Assembly (NCBI GenBank): GCA_964568715.1
Contig: CAZMQU010000001.1
Span: forward strand, 23,932 to 87,931
Origin: an uncultured Halanaerobiales bacterium
GTDB taxonomy: Bacteria > Bacillota > Halanaerobiia > B1SED10-174
DNA: 64,000 bases
Direction: 5' to 3'
Below the pieces are notes generated by a model, which had not been told where the DNA came from, ran no database searches, and saw nothing but the letters and a program-made list of their open reading frames with translations. The position numbers and the translations under genes were made by a program. Below, one piece after another: positions 57,907 to 64,000 of this stretch; position 1 is the first letter of the stretch, and each line of letters opens with the position of its first letter.

Positions 57907-58611
57907 ATGGATATGAAAGCAATATTATTTGATCTTGACGGTACTTTGGTTAACATGGATGTGGACACTTTTTTCCCTGTATATGTCAAGTTGTTGGCCG
58001 AAAAAGTCAGTCACATTATGCCCGAAAAAGAATTTGTTTCTCTTTTGATGAAATCAACTGAAGCAATGATTAAAGATATAGATTCTTCTTACACCAACGA
58101 AGAGGTGTTTACAAAAGCTTTTTTTAAAGATGACAAGTACGATCAGGAACTAATGTTTAATTTGTTTATGGATTTTTACGAGAATGAATATCGCGGTATG
58201 GCTAACATGTTCGGCCCCATCGACGATTGTCACGCTGTATTGGATTTAGTTTTGGAAAAAGGTTTAAGGGTTATCTTGGCTACTAATCCATTATTTCCTA
58301 AAGTGGCAATTGTTGAACGATTGCGTTGGGCGGGAGTTAATAATTACCCTTTTGAATTGATTACTACATACGATAATATGCACGCGTGCAAACCACAAAT
58401 CCAGTATTATAAGGAAATTTTGGCTAAGACAAATCTTGCTGCAGAGGATTGTATGATGATCGGCAATGATCCATTGGAGGACTTGATTGCAGGTCAGCTG
58501 GGACTTAAAACATTTTTGGTCGAGGATATGATGATTGAGCGGCAGGAAGGTTTTCGACCCGATCACAAAGGTTCGATGAAAGATTTGTTGGCCCTTCTTG
58601 GTAATTTGTAA
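57907..58611 (+). CDS. HAD-superfamily hydrolase
   Basis: FDLDGTL, ATNP, CKP, IGND...D. Confidence 0.9.
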   Translation: MDMKAILFDLDGTLVNMDVDTFFPVYVKLLAEKVSHIMPEKEFVSLLMKSTEAMIKDIDSSYTNEEVFTKAFFKDDKYDQELMFNLFMDFYENEYRGMANMFGPIDDCHAVLDLVLEKGLRVILATNPLFPKVAIVERLRWAGVNNYPFELITTYDNMHACKPQIQYYKEILAKTNLAAEDCMMIGNDPLEDLIAGQLGLKTFLVEDMMIERQEGFRPDHKGSMKDLLALLGNL

Positions 58612-58761
58612 AATAAATCAAACCGACAATATCAGGTTTATTCGGATTTTTATTTGGGTTTGCAATTAGTCTGGACCATTTTGCACACAGTAACCATGGG
58701 TACAATTAATAATTAGAATATTGAACAAGAAATAACAACACTGAAAGCAAGGATTGATTAA

Positions 58762-60078
58762 ATGCCCACCAAAAAAGAAATGAAATATTATATTTTAACA
58801 TACGGCTGTCAGATGAACGAGCACGATTCTGAAAAGATTGCCGGTCAGTTGGAAGAAATCGGTTTTAGTTCTGCCGCTAACCTCGAATCTGCTGATTTGA
58901 TTATACTTAATACCTGTTGTGTGAGGGAAAAAGCTGAAGATAAGGTTCGTGGCAAATTGGGAGAAATAAAACTTTTAAAAGAAAAGAAGCCGCACCTCCT
59001 TGTGGGAATCGGCGGTTGTATGATGCAACAAAAGGGTTACGGTAGTAAATTTATTCGGACTTATCCTTATATTAATTTTGTCTTCGGAACTCACACTTTG
59101 GATGAAATCCCAAACATTGTGGAGCGAATTATCGGCCAAGAAAGATTAATTTGTCTGCGGGATGACCGAACCGACATCCCATTTTTACCCGGCAAGCGTA
59201 GCAGCTCTTTTCGGGCTTGGGTTTCTATTATTAAAGGCTGTCAAAATTTTTGCACCTATTGTATCGTACCTTTTGTCAGAGGTAAAGAAGTAAGCAGGGG
59301 CATTGAAGAGATAAAGGAAGAAGTGGAAGGACTTAGTAGGGAGGGTGTAAAGGAGATTGTTTTGTTAGGGCAAAATGTCAATGCTTACGGTAAAGATCTT
59401 GCCGGGGTCAATTTTGCTGATTTGCTCATAGAACTCGATAAAATCGACGGACTGGAGCGTATTAGATATTTGACCAGCCACCCGAGAGATTTTACAAGGG
59501 AGCTGGTGGATACAATCAATAGCTTGCCAAAAGTTTGTGAGCATTTTCATCTCCCTATCCAGTCCGGCAGCAATAAGATACTCAAGGCCATGAATAGGGG
59601 TTATGATCGGGCCCATTATTTAAACTTGATCAATTATATCAAGAGAACCAATCCGAATTGTAGCATAACCACGGATTTCATTGTCGGTTTCCCCGGTGAA
59701 ACCGATGAAGATTTTCAGGCGACCTTAGCTCTGGTAAATGAAGTAGGTTATGATGCGGCTTTTATCTTCAACTATTCACCGCGTAGCGGAACGCCGGCGG
59801 CCAATATTAAGTTTCAGGTAGCGGAAAAGGTCAAGCGAGAGCGATTGCAAGCACTGATGACTTTACAGCAGGCGATAAGTTTAGAGAAAAATCTAAAGTT
59901 GGTTGGTCAAACCGTTGAAGTCCTTTGCGAAGGGGCCAGCAAAAAAAATACGGAATGTGCCATGGGTCGCACCAGGACCAATAAACCGGTCATTATTCCC
60001 CATAGTTGCCCGGCGGGTAGCCTATTAAACATTGAAATTGTTCAAGCCAATGCTTTTACCTTATATGGCAAAGCATGA
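58762..60078 (+). CDS. miaB: tRNA-2-methylthio-N6-dimethylallyladenosine synthase
   Basis: TYGCQMNEHDSE, NTCCVRE, GCQNFCTYCIVP, GQNVNAY, HLPIQSGS, TRAM domain. Confidence 0.95.
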   Translation: MPTKKEMKYYILTYGCQMNEHDSEKIAGQLEEIGFSSAANLESADLIILNTCCVREKAEDKVRGKLGEIKLLKEKKPHLLVGIGGCMMQQKGYGSKFIRTYPYINFVFGTHTLDEIPNIVERIIGQERLICLRDDRTDIPFLPGKRSSSFRAWVSIIKGCQNFCTYCIVPFVRGKEVSRGIEEIKEEVEGLSREGVKEIVLLGQNVNAYGKDLAGVNFADLLIELDKIDGLERIRYLTSHPRDFTRELVDTINSLPKVCEHFHLPIQSGSNKILKAMNRGYDRAHYLNLINYIKRTNPNCSITTDFIVGFPGETDEDFQATLALVNEVGYDAAFIFNYSPRSGTPAANIKFQVAEKVKRERLQALMTLQQAISLEKNLKLVGQTVEVLCEGASKKNTECAMGRTRTNKPVIIPHSCPAGSLLNIEIVQANAFTLYGKA

Positions 60079-60112
60079 AGCAATAACGAAGGAGATTAAG
60101 CTGTAAAGGGGT

Positions 60113-62731
60113 TTGGTTATGTCGACGCCAATGATAAGACAATATCGCAGTATAAAAGCAGAATATGCTGATTGCATATTATTTTTCCGTATGGGTGATT
60201 TTTATGAGATGTTTTTTGAAGATGCAACCATAGCAGCCAAAGAGTTAGGGCTGACCCTTACCTCCCGTACAAAGGGAGAGGGGAAAAAAGCACCCATGGC
60301 GGGGGTTCCTCATCATGCCGCTCAACAATATATTGGGCAGCTCATTGAAAAAGGTTATCGCGTTGCGATTTGCGAGCAAACGGAAGATCCTAAAGAGGCT
60401 AAGGGACTTGTAACCCGTGAAGTCGTCAGAGTGATCAGTCCCGGTACCTTAGTGGAAGAAAACATGCTACAGCGGGGCCAAAATAATTATATTATTGCTA
60501 TAAACCGAGTCGATGGCAAATGGGGTTTGGCCTATGCGGACATCTCTACCGGTGACCTTGGAGCTACAGAAATTATGGAATTGGAACTAAGCACACTTTT
60601 GGGGGAAGTAAACAGACTTCAACCCCGAGAAATGCTTGTAAGTTGTGATTTGGCAGACAACCCCGTTTATATTGATTTTTACAAGAGTTTGGATCAACAA
60701 CCCTTGGAAAAGATACACAAAACTGCAATGAGCCAAAAGGAGTCGGAAGAAGTAATAAAGAAGCTTTTCAGCGTCGCCAACCTCGATGGTTTCGGCTTGG
60801 AAGGAAAAAAAGCGGCACTTTTAGCTTCAGCTAACTTATGCAAGTACCTTTTGGATTCTCAAAAGAAGTCCTTAGATTATTTGCGAAATTGTCGCTATTA
60901 CAGTCTGGAAGATTATATGGTCTTGGATGCCCATACCCGTCGCAATTTAGAACTCAACAAGCGGATAATTAAAGGCTCCCAGCAAGGTAGTTTGGTCGAC
61001 ATTCTCGATAAAACCGAAACAGCAATGGGGAGCCGACTTTTAAAGAAATGGGTCAACCAACCTCTTTTAAATATCGACGAAATTAATCAGCGTTTGGATC
61101 TGGTGGAAGAATTAATTAATGAGGACTTCCGGAGAGAATCACTGCGAAAGCATATTAAAAATATTTATGACTTGGAACGTTTGATCGGTCGGGTTGGTTA
61201 TGGCAACGCCAATGCCCGGGATTTATTGGCTTTGAAAGAATCCTGCCGGTATTTACCTCAAATAAAGGAAATATTGGAATCCTTGCAAAAGACGGAATAC
61301 CTAAGCAGGGACGGCGAACTGGAGGATTTGCAAGATATTTTTAAGCTCCTGGAGGCTGCAATCGTTGATAACCCGCCTATTTTAATAACGGAGGGTGGCA
61401 TCATTAAACCCGACTATCAGACCGAGCTACAAGAATTATCAAAAATAGTCGAAGAAAATAAAGAATGGATTGCCCACTTGGAGAACAGGGAAAAGGAAAG
61501 AACGGGTATCAAATCTCTAAAGGTTGGTTTCAATCGGGTTTTCGGCTATTACATTGAGGTTACCCGTACAAACTTGGACATGGTTCCTGCTGAATACATA
61601 CGGAAACAAACTTTGGCCAATGCGGAAAGATTTTTTATCAGTGAGCTGAAAGAAAAAGAAGATAGCATCTTGAAAGCTGAAGAAAAAATATACAATTTGG
61701 AATATAAAATATTTAGCGAAATCAGAAGCAAGGTATTTGCCGAAGCCCAACGTATTCAAAAGGTAGCGGCCATAATAGCTGAAATTGATGTTTTTCTGGC
61801 CTTGAGTTTGGTTGCCCGGGAAAAAAATTATAGCCGCCCTTTGGTGAATTCAACAGATCAAATATATATAAACAACGGTCGTCATCCGGTTGTGGAGAAC
61901 GGGCTGGCAGAGGGGGAATTTGTGCCCAATAGTACGCTGATGGACTGCACGGCGAACCGCTTCCATATCATAACCGGGCCCAATATGGCCGGTAAGTCCA
62001 CTTACTTACGGCAGGTGGCCCTTATAGTTTTGATGGCTCAGATGGGATCCTTTGTTCCGGCTCGGGAGGCTAAAATCGGTTTGGTCGATCGAATCTTTAC
62101 CCGAATCGGTGCCACCGATGATTTAGCCCGCGGTAAAAGTACCTTCCTGGTCGAAATGAACGAAGTTGCCCAGATTCTCAATACGGCGACGGACCGCTCA
62201 TTAATTTTACTGGATGAAGTAGGGCGAGGTACTTCCACTTTTGACGGTTTGAGTATCGCCTGGGCGGTGGCCGAATATATAAATAATCCCAGTAAACTAG
62301 GGGCTCGCACACTGTTTGCCACCCATTACCACGAGCTGATCACCTTGGAAGAAAGAGCTGCCGGTTTTGTTAATTTTAATGTGGCCGTCGATAGAAAAGA
62401 GGAAGAAATAATATTTTTGCATGTAATTAGGCCCGGTGGCTCCGATGAAAGTTACGGTATAAATGTTGCCCGTTTAGCGGGAATACCTCTGGACGTAATT
62501 TACCGGGCAGGTGAGATTCTCGTTGAATTGGAAGAGAAGGGGCAGAAAGGAAAGCAAGCCCCCGTCCGTGTCCCTTTATTTCCCGTCTACGATAAAGCAG
62601 AAGCGGAAACTCTCCTCAAATCGATGGCTGAATATGATTTATTCAACAATACTCCCTTGGAGACTTTGGATTTTGTTGCCAACTTGCAAAAACAGATTAA
62701 ATATTATTTTAAGAAGGGAAAGACCCCATGA
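60113..62731 (+). CDS. mutS: DNA mismatch repair protein MutS
   Basis: FFRMGDFYEMF, TGPNMAGKSTYLRQ, STFLVEM, DEVGRGTST, FATHYHEL. Confidence 0.98.
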   Translation: MVMSTPMIRQYRSIKAEYADCILFFRMGDFYEMFFEDATIAAKELGLTLTSRTKGEGKKAPMAGVPHHAAQQYIGQLIEKGYRVAICEQTEDPKEAKGLVTREVVRVISPGTLVEENMLQRGQNNYIIAINRVDGKWGLAYADISTGDLGATEIMELELSTLLGEVNRLQPREMLVSCDLADNPVYIDFYKSLDQQPLEKIHKTAMSQKESEEVIKKLFSVANLDGFGLEGKKAALLASANLCKYLLDSQKKSLDYLRNCRYYSLEDYMVLDAHTRRNLELNKRIIKGSQQGSLVDILDKTETAMGSRLLKKWVNQPLLNIDEINQRLDLVEELINEDFRRESLRKHIKNIYDLERLIGRVGYGNANARDLLALKESCRYLPQIKEILESLQKTEYLSRDGELEDLQDIFKLLEAAIVDNPPILITEGGIIKPDYQTELQELSKIVEENKEWIAHLENREKERTGIKSLKVGFNRVFGYYIEVTRTNLDMVPAEYIRKQTLANAERFFISELKEKEDSILKAEEKIYNLEYKIFSEIRSKVFAEAQRIQKVAAIIAEIDVFLALSLVAREKNYSRPLVNSTDQIYINNGRHPVVENGLAEGEFVPNSTLMDCTANRFHIITGPNMAGKSTYLRQVALIVLMAQMGSFVPAREAKIGLVDRIFTRIGATDDLARGKSTFLVEMNEVAQILNTATDRSLILLDEVGRGTSTFDGLSIAWAVAEYINNPSKLGARTLFATHYHELITLEERAAGFVNFNVAVDRKEEEIIFLHVIRPGGSDESYGINVARLAGIPLDVIYRAGEILVELEEKGQKGKQAPVRVPLFPVYDKAEAETLLKSMAEYDLFNNTPLETLDFVANLQKQIKYYFKKGKTP

Positions 62732-64000
62732 ATATAATTAAAGTACTTGCCTCGAATATTACCGACAAAATTGCCGCCGGTGAAGTAATCCAGCGGCCTG
62801 CTTCGGTCGTCAAAGAATTGGTGGAAAACAGTATTGATGCAGGCTCCACCCAGATACATGTTTTATTTAAAGACGGCGGTAAAGAGTATATAGCCGTAAC
62901 TGATGATGGCCACGGTATAGGCGCCGATGATCTGAAGATTGCTTTAAAGAGCCATGCTACCAGTAAAATCGAAAATGTCGATGATTTGTTTCGGTTGTCT
63001 TCCCTTGGTTTTCGTGGCGAAGCCCTGGCCAGTATCGCCGCCGTTTCCAAAATAAAGGTGAGCAGTCGACAAAAAAATGCTGTTGCCGGTATGATGATTG
63101 AAAGCCATGGTGGGCAGGAAATCGATTATTCTCCGGTCGGCACGTCGCCCGGGACAAAGGTCGAAGTCAGCGACCTTTTTTACAATATACCCGCCCGCAA
63201 AAAATATTTGAAGAATACAAATCGGGAAGCCGCTTTTATTGTTGAGCAGATTTTTCCCTTGGCTTTGGCCTATCCCCATATTAAATTCCAAGTTGTCCAC
63301 AAACGGGAAATCGTCAACACAGCCGGTACGGGCAAAGTACTGCGGGCTTGGGGCGATCTATTCGGTCATGAAAAAGCTCAAAATTTTATAGTTCTGCCTC
63401 CGACAAAGATTGGCCATATCACCATGGAAATGTATTTGGGTACACCCGCCCTAGCCCAAGCTTCCAGCAAAGGAATCTTTCTCTTTGTTAATAAACGCCC
63501 CTTCTACAACAGGGCAATCTTAAGTGCATTTTTCGACCTTTATAAAGAGTATATACCCCATCGACGCTTGCCGCAGGTTCTGCTGTTTCTTGAAATCAAT
63601 CCGGTTCACATTGATGTCAATGTCCATCCGACCAAAAAGGAAATCAGTTTAAGCAATCTGGGCTTCATTTTGGAGCAAATCAAAGCCGTTGGCAGCTCTC
63701 TTTTGCAACAATATCTGGGAGGGCGTCTTCATCAAATGCAGACATTTTCCGATATACGTTCTTTTGCCAAGCCGCCTGGAAAAGATGAGGAATCCAAACC
63801 TCAAAAAGAAAAGCCTTTTGTGAATTCCGGCGAGCCTCAAGATCCGCCGAAAACCGGATCTTTGTTTGTTCAAACGCCGGAGAGTGGGGGGGCCGCCATG
63901 AATGGAAGGCCCGCCGGGGTAGAGGAAACGCTTGCTTATGATTTCTCGGGGGAAGTGCCGAAGCCTACTAGAGCTGGCACACCCCATCAAGTAGTGATGC
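62728..64000 (+). CDS. mutL: DNA mismatch repair protein MutL, 3'-truncated by window edge
   Basis: KIAAGEVIQRPASVVKELVENSIDAG, HATSKI, LGFRGEALASI, DVNVHPTKKE. Confidence 0.96.
   Translation, partial: MNIIKVLASNITDKIAAGEVIQRPASVVKELVENSIDAGSTQIHVLFKDGGKEYIAVTDDGHGIGADDLKIALKSHATSKIENVDDLFRLSSLGFRGEALASIAAVSKIKVSSRQKNAVAGMMIESHGGQEIDYSPVGTSPGTKVEVSDLFYNIPARKKYLKNTNREAAFIVEQIFPLALAYPHIKFQVVHKREIVNTAGTGKVLRAWGDLFGHEKAQNFIVLPPTKIGHITMEMYLGTPALAQASSKGIFLFVNKRPFYNRAILSAFFDLYKEYIPHRRLPQVLLFLEINPVHIDVNVHPTKKEISLSNLGFILEQIKAVGSSLLQQYLGGRLHQMQTFSDIRSFAKPPGKDEESKPQKEKPFVNSGEPQDPPKTGSLFVQTPESGGAAMNGRPAGVEETLAYDFSGEVPKPTRAGTPHQVVM

Overview
Chromosomal core-genome window from a Bacillota (Firmicutes) bacterium, with no mobile element, integrase or cas gene seen. 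It follows the conserved dpaAB-asd-dapG-dapA-rnj-tepA-ylzJ-ftsK ... rimO-pgsA-cinA-recA-rny-ymdB-spoVS ... miaB-mutS-mutL backbone and carries 6 tRNAs. Endospore genes (dpaAB, spoVS, tepA/ylzJ, SleB/CwlJ-type hydrolase) occur with outer-membrane-associated genes (a beta-barrel-like exported protein, ExbB-ExbD-TonB, an SLH/coiled-coil tether). This suggests a diderm spore former such as a Limnochordia/Halanaerobiia-like lineage (inference). Main points of interest: (1) a SAM-I riboswitch with no gene of its own in series with a lysine riboswitch ahead of the DPA/aspartate-pathway operon; (2) a ~97-bp structured tandem repeat with three compensatory base-pair changes between dapA and rnj; (3) an ExbBD-TonB operon with no receptor gene, but with a cohesin-type exported protein and an Omp-alpha-like tether; (4) a ClpP-fold protease divergent from two small heat-shock proteins with long low-complexity N-termini, the first bracketed by a perfect 15-bp inverted repeat; (5) a gene-free leader with a 61-nt-period repeat resembling a degenerate type I-E CRISPR repeat. 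All calls come from reading motifs by eye; no database search or folding program was run.
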